A program made the translations under genes and the position numbers. Below the pieces are notes generated by a model, which worked only from the letters and a program-made list of their open reading frames with translations, made no database searches and was not told the origin of the DNA. Below are positions 26,378 through 39,700 of a stretch of DNA of 64,000 bases, one piece after another (position 1 is the stretch's first letter; every line of letters starts with the position of its first letter). The stretch is from Eledone cirrhosa (taxonomy: Eukaryota): contig CAXHJY010001514.1 in NCBI GenBank assembly GCA_964016885.1, forward strand, positions 132,533 through 196,532. Direction: 5' to 3'.

Positions 26378-26486
26378 GTTGAAATGACAGGCAGCAGCAT
26401 CTTTGACTATATTCACCAACAGGATCATGGAGAATTGTCAGACCAATTAGGACTTTGTATTCCACAGAACAACTGTACAACAAACA
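26378..26486 (+). CDS. trh/NPAS3: trachealess/NPAS3-like exon (PAS-A)
   Basis: taaAG|GTT GAA ATG...; VEMTGSSIFDYIHQQDHGELSDQLG continues the previous exon; donor GTatgt at 26487; 109 nt, phase 0/1. Confidence 0.93.
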
Positions 26487-26539
26487 GTATGTACACCTCC
26501 TCCTTCTTCTGCTGCTTCACTCCTCCTGCTCCTTCTGCT

Positions 26540-26705
26540 GCTACTACCACCACTACTGCTACTATTACTACTACCACCACTACTACCACCACTGCTACTA
26601 CTACTACTACTACTACTGCTGCTACTACTACTACTACCACCACTACTGTTGCTACTACTACTACCACCACTACTGCTACTACTACTACTACCACCACTAC
26701 TGTTG

Positions 26706-26736
<31 letters not shown>

Positions 26737-26818
26737 AACTACCACCACTACTACTACTACCACCACTACTGCTACTACTGCTACTGCTACTACTACCACT
26801 ACTACTACTGTTGCTGCA

Positions 26819-26850
<32 letters not shown>

Positions 26851-26978
26851 CACTACTACTACCACTACTACTACTACTTCTACTGCTACTACCACCACGA
26901 CCGCCACTACTACTACTACTAACTACTACCACCACGACTACTACCACCACCACCACCACTACTGCTATTACCACCACC

Positions 26979-27019
<41 letters not shown>

Positions 27020-27314
27020 CATCACTACTACTACTACTATTACCACTACTACTACGACTACTACCACCACCACCACCACCACTACTACTACCACTACTGC
27101 TACTACCACTACCACCACCACTACCACTACTACCACCACCACCACCACCACTACTACTACCACTACTGCTACTACCACCACCACCACCACTACTGCTACT
27201 ACCACCACCACCACCACTACTGCTACTACCACCACCACCACCACTACTGCTACTACCACCACCACCACCACTACTACTACCACCACCACCACCACTACTA
27301 CTACTACTACCACC

Positions 27315-27350
<36 letters not shown>

Positions 27351-27453
27351 GCTACTGCCACCACCACTACTACTACTGCTACCACCACCACCACCACTAC
27401 TACTACTGCTACTACCACTACTACTACTGTTACTACTGTTGCTACTGCTGCTA
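26540..27453. repeat. (CTA/CCA)n trinucleotide tract
   Basis: direct reading. Confidence 0.95.
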
Positions 27454-27649
27454 CTCATTTTTCAGCTTAGTTGACTGGAGAAATATAAAATGAAGAACTT
27501 TGCTCAAGGACACAACGTACTACACAGTCAGGAGATCAAACCAATGACCTGGAATATTGTGCTGCCAAGAATCAAACTTAAGGCCTTAAGGTTGAGGGGC
27601 AGAAAGTAACAAATAAGCCAGCATACTCCTTCACTGAGCTCACCAGAGC

Positions 27650-28992
27650 TATGATCATAGTCACACTCTGAGCTACCCTGACTTATGATCATAGTCACAC
27701 TCTGAGCTACCCTGACTTATGATCATAGTCACACTCTGAGCTACCCTGACTTATGACCATAGTCACACTCTGAGCTACCCTGACTTATGATCATAGTCAC
27801 ACTCTGAGCTACCCTGACTTATGACCATAGTCACACTCTGAGCTACCCTGACTTATGACCATAGTCACACTCTGAGCTACTTTGACTTATGATCATAGTC
27901 ACACTCTGAGCTACCCTGACTTATGATCATAGTCACACTCTGAGCTACCCTGACTTATGATCATAGTCACACTCTGAGCTACCCTGACTTATGATCATAG
28001 TCACACTCTGAGCTACCCTGACTTATGATCATAGTCACACTTTGAGCTACCCTGACTTATGATCATAGTCACACTCTGAGCTACCCTGACTTATGACCAT
28101 AGTCACACTCTGAGCTACCCTGACTTATGACCATAGTCACACTCTGAGCTACCCTGACTTATGACCATAGTCACACTCTGAGCTACCCTGACTTATGATC
28201 ATAGTCACACTCTGAGCTACTTTGACTTATGATCATAGTCACACTCTGAGCTACCCTGACTTATGACCATAGTCACACTCTGAGCTACTTTGACTTATGA
28301 TCATAGTCACACTCTGAGCTACTTTGACTTATGATCATAGTCACACTCTGAGCTACTTTGACTTATGATCATAGTCACTCTCTGAGCTACCCTGACTTAT
28401 GATCATAGTCACACTCTGAGCTACTTTGAATTATGATTATAGTCACACTCTGAGCTACCCTGACTTATGATCATAGTCACACTCTGAGCTACCCTGACTT
28501 ATGACCATAGTCACACTCTGAGCTACCCTGACTTATGACCATAGTCACACTCTGAGCTACCCTGACTTATGACCATAGTCACACTCTGAGCTACTTTGAC
28601 TTATGATCATAGTCACTCTCTGAGCTACCCTGACTTATGATCATAGTCACACTCTGAGCTACTTTGACTTATGATCATAGTCACACTCTGAGCTACTTTG
28701 ACTTATGATCAAAGTCACACTCTGAGCTACTTTGACTTATGATCATAGTCACACTCTGAGCTACTTTGACTTATGATCATAGTCACACTCTGAGCTACTT
28801 TGACTTATGATCATAGTCACACTCTGAGCTACTTTGACTTATGATCATAGTCACACTCTGAGCTACTTTGACTTATGATCATAGTCACACTCTGAGCTAC
28901 CCTGACTTATGATCATAGTCACACTCTGAGCTACCCTGACTTATGATCATAGTCACACTCCTTCACACTTAGTTAACCTGACTTATGATCAA
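27650..28992. repeat. 34-bp minisatellite (atgatcatagtcacactctgagctaccctgactt)
   Basis: direct reading, ~39 units. Confidence 0.97.
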
Positions 28993-29045
28993 AAGCATTC
29001 CAACCATGACCATCTCATCCTTTTTATTATTTATTATTTTTGCAG

Positions 29046-29135
29046 GTGGGGGTGTACCATCACCTGGCTCTAACTCTGATGAGGGTTCAAGTACAAATCA
29101 TTCCCGATCAATGACACCGCCTCTTGGAGAACGCT
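29046..29135 (+). CDS. trh/NPAS3: trachealess/NPAS3-like exon (PAS-A loop)
   Basis: tttttgcAG|...|GTgagt; 90 nt, phase 1/1; (S)GGVPSPGSNSDEGSSTNHSRSMTPPLGER; not in the ORF track. Confidence 0.85.
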
Positions 29136-29244
29136 GTGAGTAAATTATCAAATGATGTCCCAAACCTAAACTATTTTCTATCTTCTAACGAAAAATAATG
29201 GACACACTTTAGATTGACATCACATAAGTCTTTATAAAAATTAC

Positions 29245-29835
29245 GGGCTGGCCCTATGTGACTCTGTGTGACCCTGGCTTGCTCTATGTGACCCTATGTG
29301 GTCCTGGCTGGCCCTATGTGACCATATGTTGTCCTGGCTGGCCCTGTGTGGCCTTGGCTTGCTCTATGTGACCCTGTGTGGCCCTGGATGGCCCTGTGTG
29401 GCCCGGTGTGACCCTGTGTGGCTTTATGTGGCCCTGTGTGGATCGGTGTGACCCTGTGTGGCCCTATGTGGCCCTGTGTGGATCGGTGTGACCCTGGCTG
29501 GCCCTATGCGACTCTGTGTGGCCCTGTGTGACTCTGGATGGTCCTATGTGACCCTGTGTGACTCTGGCTGGCCCTATGTGACCCTGTGTGGCTCTATGTG
29601 ACCCTGTGTGGCCCTGTGTGAGCTGGCTGGCCCTATGTGACCCTGTGTGGCCCTGGCTGGCCCTATGTGATCCTGTGTGGCCCTATGTGACCCTGTGTGG
29701 CCGTGTGACCCTGGCTGGCTCTATGTGACCCTGTGTGGCCATGTGACCCTGGCTGGCCTTATATGACCCTGGCTGGCCCTATGTGGCCCTGTGTGACCCT
29801 GGCTGGCCCTATATGATTCTGTGTGGCTCTATGTC
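29245..29835. repeat. 10-bp degenerate repeat (gaccctgtgt/ggccctatgt)
   Basis: direct reading. Confidence 0.9.
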
Positions 29836-30055
29836 ATTGTTAAAAATGGCAGCTAATTGTAGTATTTGATGTTCTTTATTATGATTATATTATCTATGTA
29901 TTGAGTGAAGTAGACACTGGTCAGCAGGTGTTGAGTGCTCCCCATTCAAGTTAGTTCCTCTAGATGATGGCCAGAAGGTCTGAAAGACTGCCATCAGTAG
30001 CTCTGTTGTTTGGTGCTGCTTCAATATACTAGTTTATAAAAAAAAGTACAAAACT

Positions 30056-30357
30056 AAGTTTTTAGTTTAATAATTTCTTTATTACAAAATGTTTTGTGGA
30101 TTAAATATCTGCAACTAACATAGATAATATCTTGGTGTGTATATATATATTTATATGTATGAGTATATAAATATATACACACATACACTCACACAAGTAT
30201 AAATATATTCACGCACGCACACACACACAATAATAACCACCAATTCACTACACATATACACACCCAGGTGTAACACAGAACTCTGGTCTATAGTTTTATC
30301 ATCACCCCTTCCTTCCTCAGTAATATATAAATATACACACATTTACTATTATTATAG
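30056..30357 (-). repeat. right arm of the long-range inverted pair
   Basis: reverse complement of 12552-12835. Confidence 0.9.
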
Positions 30358-30454
30358 CTTAACTTTGCCTTTCATCCTTACGGGGTCGATAAAATAAAGT
30401 ACCAGTAATGCACTGGTTAAGTGCTGGCCTTGTGCCAATAGTAGAAACAATTAT
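30358..30454 (+). mobile_element. 3' fragment of the same SINE
   Basis: near-identical to ~576-671. Confidence 0.75.
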
Positions 30455-30722
30455 TAAAGGTGATCAGAATACATTTTTAGTTGAACTTCAATCTGGCCTC
30501 TACATATTTTCATTTAACCAGTTTCATTCTTTTAATGGTTTCATTTGACTGTGCCCATACTGGAGCACCATTGTTATATCAGACCTTTCCCAAAGGGTTT
30601 ATGACCTCTTAGGAAAGGTCTGAATTACATCAACTGTAGTACTTTCATTTTAAACATTTTTATTTTATATGTTTGTGTGTGTTTTTTTTATATGTTATTT
30701 TTTCTAAACTGTTATTTCTTAG

Positions 30723-30832
30723 GTCAAGTTATGAACCCATCACCAAGTAAAGGGGTTACTAGGACATTTTGTGTCCGAATGAAGTCAACACTGACCAAAA
30801 GAGGGGTACACGTAAAATGTTCAGGCTACCGA
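30723..30832 (+). CDS. trh/NPAS3: trachealess/NPAS3-like exon (end of PAS-A)
   Basis: ttcttAG|...|GTaagt; RTFCVRMKSTLTKRGVHVKCSGYR motif; 110 nt, phase 1/0. Confidence 0.95.
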
Positions 30833-30843
30833 GTAAGTCTTCT

Positions 30844-31178
30844 CCTTCTTCTTCTTCTACCTGAGAGGGTCGTGGGGTCAGAGTCCTCAAACATTCCTTC
30901 CAGTAGGTCCTGTCAGAAGCAACCGTCTCCAACTGATCTGGCTGGATCCCCAAGCGTGACCAGCTAAGTTCATGTATGTTATCCAACCATCTTGTTCAGG
31001 GTCTACCCCTGGGTCTCTTGCCGATTGCTTTTACCCATAAAATCTGTCCAGCAATTCTTTCCTGAGACATTCTAACTACATGTCCATAGTATCAGAGCTG
31101 TAATCTCGCAATTCGGAGAAGTAGCAGCTCTACCTGGAGTGACTCTCTTACCGCCGAGCTACACACTCTATCTTTATA
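30844..31178 (-). mobile_element. RTE-type LINE 3' end with (GAA)n tail
   Basis: minus strand reads YYGHVVRM...GKRPRGRP*TRWLDNI...ASDRTYW. Confidence 0.85.
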
Positions 31179-31179
31179 G

Positions 31180-31452
31180 GCTGGTGAAGGTAGTTAGCAG
31201 AATCATTAGAGAGTTAGATAAAATACTTTATGGTATTTGTTCCAGCTTTTTACATTCTGAGTTCAATTCGCACCGAAGTCAATTTTACGTCTCATCTTCT
31301 CAGAGTCGAGGTCAATAGAATAAAGTTGGTGGATTGGCAGAATCAGTAGAGCTCTGGTATTTGGTGACAACTTTCTACAGTTCAATTCCTGCCAAAGTCA
31401 ACTTTGTTATTCGTTCTTCTAAAATTAAGTATATTTTGCCTAAATTAGAAAC
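31180..31452 (+). mobile_element. two diverged tandem SINE copies
   Basis: TAGCAGAATCATTAG...GAGTTCAATTC and TGGCAGAATCAGTAG...AGTTCAATTCC; A/B-box-like heads resembling the 480 copy. Confidence 0.55.
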
Positions 31453-31975
31453 TCGCATCGTTGGAATCACCCCCACCCCCTTTTTAAGAAAAGAAGCTGA
31501 AAAAGAAGGGAAACAGTAAAGAAACTAGAAGTTTCTCTTGTTGAATCTTTTTGTAATCTCCGTCTACTAAAAGATTTTGGTAGATCTTTTACAATATATC
31601 TCCGATGTTGGTAGTTTTTTAATAATTGGCTTCAAGATGTCCTCTCTTTCAGACTGCTAGTTTCTACATTGGAACAAATAGGACAAAAGAGTTTCTCAAA
31701 AGTCTGTGTTTGGAACATAACTTAACAAAACATCTTACTTAAAATTATAATTTGAAAACATTATAATTTGAAAACAAACTGTTTTGTATCATAGAACCAG
31801 GAGTGTTTGGAACATAACTTAACAAAGATTCTTAGATGAAATTATGATGGAAACTTTTTAGATAAAACAAACTGTTTTGTATCATAAAACCAGGAGCTGT
31901 TTTGAGGGAGTTAGTACTAAAAGAGTCAGGTAAATAAACTATTTAAATATTTATTTGTATAAATTTTGATTTTAG

Positions 31976-32169
31976 GTTGTTCATATAATGGCATCTCTTC
32001 GTAGCCATATGAGTTTTCCAATGGGCCGCAAACATCCCCCTTCACTGTTGGGCTTAGTTGGCATGGCGATAGCCCTACCACCACCTACAATTACCGAGCT
32101 ACGGATTGATAGTGATATTTTTATCACACGACTAAGTCCTGACTTTACAATTCTCTATTGTGAACCAAT
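31976..32169 (+). CDS. trh/NPAS3: trachealess/NPAS3-like exon (linker, start of PAS-B)
   Basis: ttttAG|GTT GTT CAT...|GTaagt; LGLVGMAIALPPPTITELRIDSDIFITRL...YCEP; 194 nt, phase 0/2. Confidence 0.95.
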
Positions 32170-32211
32170 GTAAGTATTCCTTCTTTTGTCATTTTTACTT
32201 CCTCTCTCTCC

Positions 32212-32285
<74 letters not shown>

Positions 32286-32489
32286 TGTGTTGAGACCTGG
32301 AGAAAAGAGGGGCTCCTCCAGGTTTTAAAAACTCCCCCAAAACACACTATATGTCACAGTCAAACCCTTACAACTCCATCCAAGGATAAAGAGTCCAGAC
32401 ATACATACATTGCAATAAATAATATATTGTCTTCTTAACCACATAATCTAACAATTGTGTTGAGTCTATTGCAGTAGATAATAAATGAG

Positions 32490-32809
32490 TACGAGGGTAA
32501 ACTGAAAAGTTTATAGACTGACCAAGATACTCTCATGGAATCACCAAATGAGGTTATTGCATCATTCTTAGTGACCCAAGGTCTTGACACTTTATTTAGA
32601 TATAAGAGGGTAGGCTGAAAATTTGATAGGTTGACTGTGAAGGAGTGATTCTATGAAAGACTGTGGAATTTTGCATGCATTAATTTTAACTCTAATAATT
32701 AATAACTGCATTGTTTCTTTCCAGGGACTGTGTTGAAAAATAAACCTCATTTGGTCGTTCCATGAGAGTATCTTGGTCAGCTTATGAACTTTTCAGCCTA
32801 CCCTCATTA
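32490..32809. mobile_element. mariner-type MITE
   Basis: begins TACGAGGG; ~65-bp imperfect terminal inverted repeats (gaccaagatactctcatggaa / ttccatgagagtatcttggtc). Confidence 0.75.
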
Positions 32810-32870
32810 TGTTTAAATATGTTGCAGTAGATAATGTGGAGTATATTATATATTGTCTTCTATATTGTAG

Positions 32871-32977
32871 CATCTCTGACATGATGGATCTTACAGCTGA
32901 AGACATGACAAACAAAGTGTTGTATGAATTCTGTCATGCTGGAGACTTACAGAAGTTACGGAAATCTCATGTAGATA
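32871..32977 (+). CDS. trh/NPAS3: trachealess/NPAS3-like exon (PAS-B)
   Basis: ttgtAG|...|GTaagt; ISDMMDLTAEDMTNKVLYEFCHAGDLQKLRKSHVD; 107 nt, phase 2/1; not in the ORF track. Confidence 0.93.
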
Positions 32978-33504
32978 GTAAGTAACACAATTTCTACTTT
33001 TTTATAAACATCATCTATGTACTAAAGAGCTAATAAGAGATTATGTGTAGTGTAAATTGTTGGTCATGCTATGGAAAGGGGATGGTAAAAGTGTGAGAGA
33101 GAGAGTAACTAATTACTTTTTAAAACTTTGATCACACTGTGATATTTCGTATTTGATAATGACAGATCCTCTATTGGTTTCAACAGTATTTAGTTGTCCA
33201 ACTGAACATCCAACTTATAAACAAACATATAAGTGGTTGAGTATTCCACTGACAAGTAGACCCATGACATAATTCTCAGGCAGAATCAGAAAAAGAAGTT
33301 ACCATCAGCTGCCAATAGCAACTTCTTTTTCCATCTTTTAAGGGTGTTCACTCTATTTTATAACCTATCTTTATAGCATTTCATACATTCTCAGCGCTTC
33401 AAAAGCCAAAAATTCAGCCATTCATCACCTGAAATCCAAAACTATTTTTCCCCATAGGAAATGTTGAGAGAGAAATACAATGTTTGAGAGACTGTGTGAA
33501 AGAC

Positions 33505-35525
33505 AGAGAGTATGGGAGTTTCAGGGCATCCTTTTTCCAAAACTTATCCTCATTCAACAGTATATTATTCATCTCTGCCCATTGGATAACAGCCAGTAGG
33601 TCTGACTGAAGGCAAGTCCGGTCACCCACCTCATTGATGACCCTTTGGAGCTTGGAATCATCTGCGAAGATTCTGATGTTACTGTGCTTGATAATGTCAG
33701 TAATATAATTAATGTAGATGATGAAAAGAAGTGGGCCCAACACAGTGCCTTGTGGGATGCCACTGTGGACTTTGGCAGGGCTTGATTCTACTCCTTCGAC
33801 TACAACATGCTGGGTTCTGCCTGTCAGGAAACATTTGATCCACTGTAGTAACCTTCCAGAGACACCAACATTGGATAGTTTTTTCAGTAGAATCTTATGA
33901 TCAACCCTGTCGAAGGCCTTGCTGAAATCAAGGTAGATGACATCAGTGTTGGAGCCCTCTCCCAAGGCTCTCCAAACATCGTCAAAGTGATGCAGGAGCT
34001 GCGTTAGGCAGTCCCTTCCATTACAGAACCCATGTTGGTTGGAGTTCAGCAGGCCGTTGCTTTCTAGAAAGTGGGTTATTCGTGATCTCACCACCCTCTC
34101 AAATACCTTGATAATATGAGAGGTGAGCGAGATTGGACGGTAGTTCACTGCAAGGGACTTATTTCCCTTTTTGAAGACTGGGACAGAAAGTTTTCAGGAA
34201 TATAGCCAGTATCCAGTGAGTTCCTCCACAGATTAGCAAGAGGAGTTGCAAGTTGGTGTCAACACACCTTCAGGACACAAGCAGGGAACCTATCGGGGCC
34301 TACTGCTGAATTGTGTTTAATTTCGTTTATTGCCGCTAAGACATCATGGGTGCCAAACGTTATGTCTGATATAGTGTGTTGGGGATTAACATCACTGATA
34401 CAGCCCAGATCGGCCATATCAGGATTGCTGAAAACAGAGCAGTATTGTTTCTGCAGTATCTCACCCGTGATTTTGGCATTGTCCTGGAGTGTGCCATTTT
34501 CATCAACTAGGGGGCCAACAGTGGAGACAGTGACCTTGTGTTTTTTAACAAATGAAAAAAACACTTTGGGGTTGAGTTTGATTTTCTCAATGGCCCACTT
34601 CTCTTCAGATGTTCTTTGATTATTGATAATGGTTTTTATGTTATATTTATTTGACTCAAGCAGGGCGATAGCCATTGAATGTGTGTGTTGCTGTTGGCAG
34701 TATTTTAGTGTGTTAATTTTTTTGTTTGTTCTTTTTATTTTTCTGATAATAGTTTTTCTGTTTTGGGGGATACTGCACTTAGTTTTGTTCACAGGTTTTG
34801 GTGGGGTGTGTTTTGCACATATATTTGTGACAGTGTCTACAAAGATCTGCCAAGATGTTTTAATGTTGGTGGAAATGAGTGCGTGTGTAAAAGACCAGTC
34901 GACATGTGATAGCTCGTTCATGATTGCATCCCAGTTGGCATTGTGGAGATCCATGTTATCAAATGGGTGGGCTGGAAAGAGGTCCCTGTGATTATCTTAC
35001 GGCTGGTGGAATCTCAGGTTACAAAGAACCATGTCATGGTCTGAGAGAAGGGTCTTTTTCTACTGTGATATTATGTATAGTGTTAGTGTGGTTACTAAAC
35101 ACTAGATCCAGAATGTTCTTCTGATACCTTGTCGGTGCAAGGACAAGTTAGGACAAGAAAAATTCATTCATAAAGTCAAGAAGCGACTAAACTGCTTCTT
35201 TGTCAGTGGTTGAGGCTGTGGAGCCTGGTTTCAAACTACATGCAGACCAATCGACACAGGGTAGATTAAAGTCTCCATCAAAAGTATATTACTAGAATGG
35301 CACTGTTGAATACAGCACTTAATGCTGTTGAGGCATTCTTTGAAGCACATGATGGGTGTTTGGGGTGGCCTATAGAGCCCAACTAATATCAGGTCATTGG
35401 CTTTGTTGTGCACTGTGACTGATTCACAGTAGCCATTGGAGAATGTTGTGTTACCATCTGCTGTAAAGGAATCATGCAGGAAAATGGCAGTTCCACCCTT
35501 CCTTCTGTCAACACGATCCGCACGG
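33505..35525 (-). mobile_element. decayed CR1/Jockey-group LINE fragment (APE endonuclease plus RT)
   Basis: LVGLYRPP, NYRPISLTS, YLDFSKAFDRVDH, SGIPQGTVLGP, FADD; frameshifted, truncated at both ends. Confidence 0.92.
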
Positions 35526-35544
35526 ATGGTTGTGAAATTGTCAT

Positions 35545-35935
35545 GACACCTACACTTTTTGTCGTGACAACTACTTTACAGTGTGGACTGGGTGTTTTTT
35601 CTTGTGACACCTACACAACCACTTTACAGTGTGGACTGGGTGCTTTTTGTCGTGACACCTACACAACCACTTTACAGTGTGGACTGGGTGTTTTTTTCTT
35701 GTGTCACCAACACAAAAACTTTACAGTGTGGACTGGGTGCTTTTTGTCGTGACACCTACACAACCACTTTACAGTGTGGACTGGGTGTTTTTTTCTTGTG
35801 TCACCAACACAAAAACTTTACAGTGTGGACTGGGTGCTTTTTGTCATGACACCTACACAACCACTTTACAGTGTGGACTGGGTGCTTTTTGTCATGACAC
35901 CTACACAACTACTCTACTGGGTGCTTTTTGTCATG
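35545..35935. repeat. ~48-bp minisatellite (ctttacagtgtggactgggtg...gacacctacacaacca)
   Basis: direct reading; similar to 22540-22640. Confidence 0.88.
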
Positions 35936-35979
35936 TTGCCATCACGACATATATATATTGTCTGCGATGAGAGACATTC

Positions 35980-36386
35980 ATGAACCAAGGTAGCACTGTA
36001 TATATGTGTTCATGATGATAAGTGTTTGTGAACCAAGGTAGCACTGTATATATGTGTTCATGATGATGTGTTTGTGAACCAAGGTAGCACTGTATATATG
36101 TGTTCATGATGATAAGTGTTTGTGAAACAAGGTAGCACTGTATATATTTGTTCATGATGATAAGTGTTTGTGAACCAAGGTAGCACTGTATATATTTGTT
36201 CATGATGATAAGTGTTTGTGAAACAAGGTAGCACTGTATATATGTGTTCATGATGATAAGTGTTTGTGAAACAAGGTAGCACTGTATATATGTGTTCATG
36301 ATGATAAGTGTTTGTGGAACAAGGTAGCACTGTATATATTTGTTCATGATGATAAGTGTTTGTGGAACAAGGTAGCACTGTATATT
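35980..36386. repeat. 48-bp minisatellite (tgaaccaaggtagcactgtatatatgtgttcatgatgataagtgtttg)
   Basis: direct reading, ~8.5 units. Confidence 0.95.
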
Positions 36387-36423
36387 TGAGATATCCATTC
36401 TCAGTTGTTTGTTTATTGTTTAG

Positions 36424-36571
36424 TTTTATCAAAAGGTCAAGTATGTACTGACTACTACCGACTAATGAATAAACATGGAGGTTATTGTTGGATCCAGACT
36501 TGTGCTACGACCATCTGTAATGCTAAGAACCTGGATGATCAGAACATTATAGCTATCAACTATGTAATAAG
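36424..36571 (+). CDS. trh/NPAS3: trachealess/NPAS3-like exon (PAS-B/PAC)
   Basis: gtttAG|...|GTttgt; LSKGQVCTDYYRLMNKHGGYCWIQTCATTICNAKN...INYVI; 148 nt, phase 1/2. Confidence 0.95.
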
Positions 36572-36781
36572 GTTTGTAATTTACTTCATGTAACTCATAC
36601 TTATTTCTTTTACTGGTTTTAATCATTAGACACTGGCCATGATGGGGCATTACCTTAACAGGATTTAGTTGATTATATTGACACCCAAGAATTTACTGGT
36701 ACTTTTTTTTATTGATTGTTTTTTTTTGTTCAGACATAGACACACACAAATGTAAATACATATTATATATATATATATACG

Positions 36782-39700
36782 ACTATACTAAGATAGTCAA
36801 CTGTCAGGTGTTATACTATAGTAAGGTAGTCAACTGTCAGGTGTTATACTATACTAAGGTAATCAACTGTCAGGTGTTATACTATAGTAAGGTAGTCAAC
36901 TGTCAGGTGTTATACTATACTAAGGTAGTCAACTGTCAGGTGTTATACTATACTAAGATAGTCAACTGTCAGGTGTTATACTATAGTAAGGTAATCAACT
37001 GTCAGGTGTTACACTATACTAAGGTAATCAACTGTCAGGTGTTATACTATAGTAAGGTAGTCAACTGTCAGGTGTTATACTATACTAAGATAGTCAACTG
37101 TCAGGTGTTATACTATACTAAGATAGTCAACTGTCAGGTGTTATACTATAGTAAGGTAGTCAACTGTCAGGTGTTATACTATAGTAAGGTAGTCAACTGT
37201 CAGGTGTTATACTATACTAAGGTAGTCAACTGTCAGGTGTTATACTATACTAAGGTAGTCAACTGTCAGGTGTTATACTATAGTAAGGTAGTCAACTGTC
37301 AGGTGTTATACTATACTAAGGTAGTCAACTGTCAGGTGTTATACTATACTAAGGTAATCAACTGTCAGGTGTTATACTATAGTAAGGTAGTCAACTGTCA
37401 GGTGTTATACTATACTAAGGTAGTCAACTGTTAGGTGTTATACTATACTAAGGTAGTCAACTGTCAGGTGTTATACTATAGTAAGGTAGTCAACTGTCAG
37501 GTGTTATACTATACTAAGGTAGTCAACTGTCAGGTGTTATACTATACTAAGGTAGTCAACTGTCAGGTGTTATACTATAGTAAGGTAGTCAACTGTCAGG
37601 TGTTATACTATACTAAGGTAGTCAACTGTCAGGTGTTATACTATACTAAGGTAATCAACTGTCAGGTGTTATACTATAGTAAGGTAGTCAACTGTCAGGT
37701 GTTATACTATACTAAGGTAGTCAACTGTTAGGTGTTATACTATACTAAGGTAGTCAACTGTCAGGTGTTATACTATAGTAAGGTAGTCAACTGTCAGGTG
37801 TTATACTATACTAAGGTAGTCAACTGTCAGGTGTTATACTATACTAAGGTAGTCAACTGTCAGGTGTTATACTATACTAAGGTAATCAACTGTCAGGTGT
37901 TATACTATAGTAAGGTAGTCAACTGTCAGGTGTTATACTATACTAAGATAGTCAACTGTCAGGTGTTATACTATAGTAAGGTAATCAACTGTCAGGTGTT
38001 ACACTATACTAAGGTAGTCAACTGTTAGGTGTTATACTATACTAAGGTAGTCAACTGTCAGGTGTTATACTATACTAAGGTAATCAACTGTCAGGTGTTA
38101 TACTATACTAAGGTAGTCAACTGTCAGGTGTTATACTATAGTAAGGTAGTCAACTGTCAGGTGTTATACTATACTAAGGTAGTCAACTGTCAGGTGTTAT
38201 ACTATAGTAAGGTAATCAACTGTCAGGTGTTATACTATACTAAGGTAGTCAACTGTTAGGTGTTATACTATACTAAGGTAGTCAACTGTCAGGTGTTATA
38301 CTATAGTAAGGTAATCAACTGTCAGGTGTTATACTATACTAAGGTAGTCAACTGTCAGGTGTTATACTATACTAAGGTAATCAACTGTCAGGTGTTATAC
38401 TATAGTAAGGTAGTCAACTGTCAGGTGTTATACTATACTAAGGTAGTCAACTGTCAGGTGTTATACTATAGTAAGGTAGTTAACTGTCAGGTGTTATACT
38501 ATAGTAAGGTAATCAACTGTCAGGTGTTATACTATACTAAGGTAGTCAACTGTCAGGTGTTATACTATACTAAGGTAGTCAACTGTCAGGTGTTATACTA
38601 TACTAAGGTAGTCAACTGTCAGTTGTTATACTATACTAAGGTAGTCAACTGTCAGGTGTTATACTATAGTAAGGTAGTCAACTGTCAGGTGTTATACTAT
38701 ACTAAGGTAGTCAACTGTCAGGTGTTATACTATACTAAGGTAGTCAACTGTCAGGTGTTACACTATACTAAGGTAGTCAACTGTCAGGTGTTACACTATA
38801 CTAAGGTAGTCAACTGTCAGGTGTTATACTATACTAAGGTAGTCAACTGTCAGGTGTTATACTATACTAAGGTAATCAACTGTCAGGTGTTATACTATAC
38901 TAAGGTAATCAACTGTCAGGTGTTATACTATACTAAGGTAGTCAACTGTCAGGTGTTATACTATACTAAGGTAGTCAACTGTCAGGTGTTATACTATACT
39001 AAGGTAATCAACTGTCAGGTGTTATACTATACTAAGGTAGTCAACTGTCAGGTGTTATACTATACTAAGGTAGTCAACTGTCAGGTGTTACACTATACTA
39101 AGGTAGTCAACTGTCAGGTGTTACACTATACTAAGGTAGTCAACTGTCAGGTGTTACACTATACTAAGGTAGTCAACTGTCAGATGTTATACTATACTAA
39201 GGTAGTCAACTGTCAGGTGTTATACTATAGTAAGGTAGTCAACTGTCAGGTGTTATACTATACTAAGGTAGTCAACTGTCAGGTGTTATACTATACTAAG
39301 GTAGTCAACTGTCAGGTGTTATACTATACTAAGGTAATCAACTGTCAGGTGTTATACTATAGTAAGGTAGTCAACTGTCAGGTGTTATACTATACTAAGG
39401 TAGTCAACTGTCAGGTGTTATACTATACTAAGGTAGTCAACTGTCAGGTGTTATACTATACTAAGGTAGTCAACTGTCAGGTGTTATACTATACTAAGGT
39501 AGTCAACTGTCAGGTGTTATACTATACTAAGGTAGTCAACTGTCAGGTGTTATACTATAGTAAGGTAGTCAACTGTCAGGTGTTATACTATAGTAAGGTA
39601 ATCAACTGTCAGGTGTTATACTATACTAAGGTAGTCAACTGTCAGGTGTTATACTATAGTAAGGTAGTCAACTGTCAGGTGTTATACTATACTAAGGTAG

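Noticed and set aside
26487-27493. Poly-Thr/His-Tyr extension of the PAS-A exon
   Set aside because: A GTatgt donor at 26487 gives the correct phase to the next exon; the remainder is a trinucleotide tract
27650-28992. CRISPR-like appearance of 23-48 bp repeats
   Set aside because: No unique spacers, no cas genes, spliceosomal eukaryotic context
29076-29082. CTGATGA in an exon (also ~21496 and minus strand ~19300)
   Set aside because: No correctly placed stem II, GAAA, UH and stem I; not hammerheads
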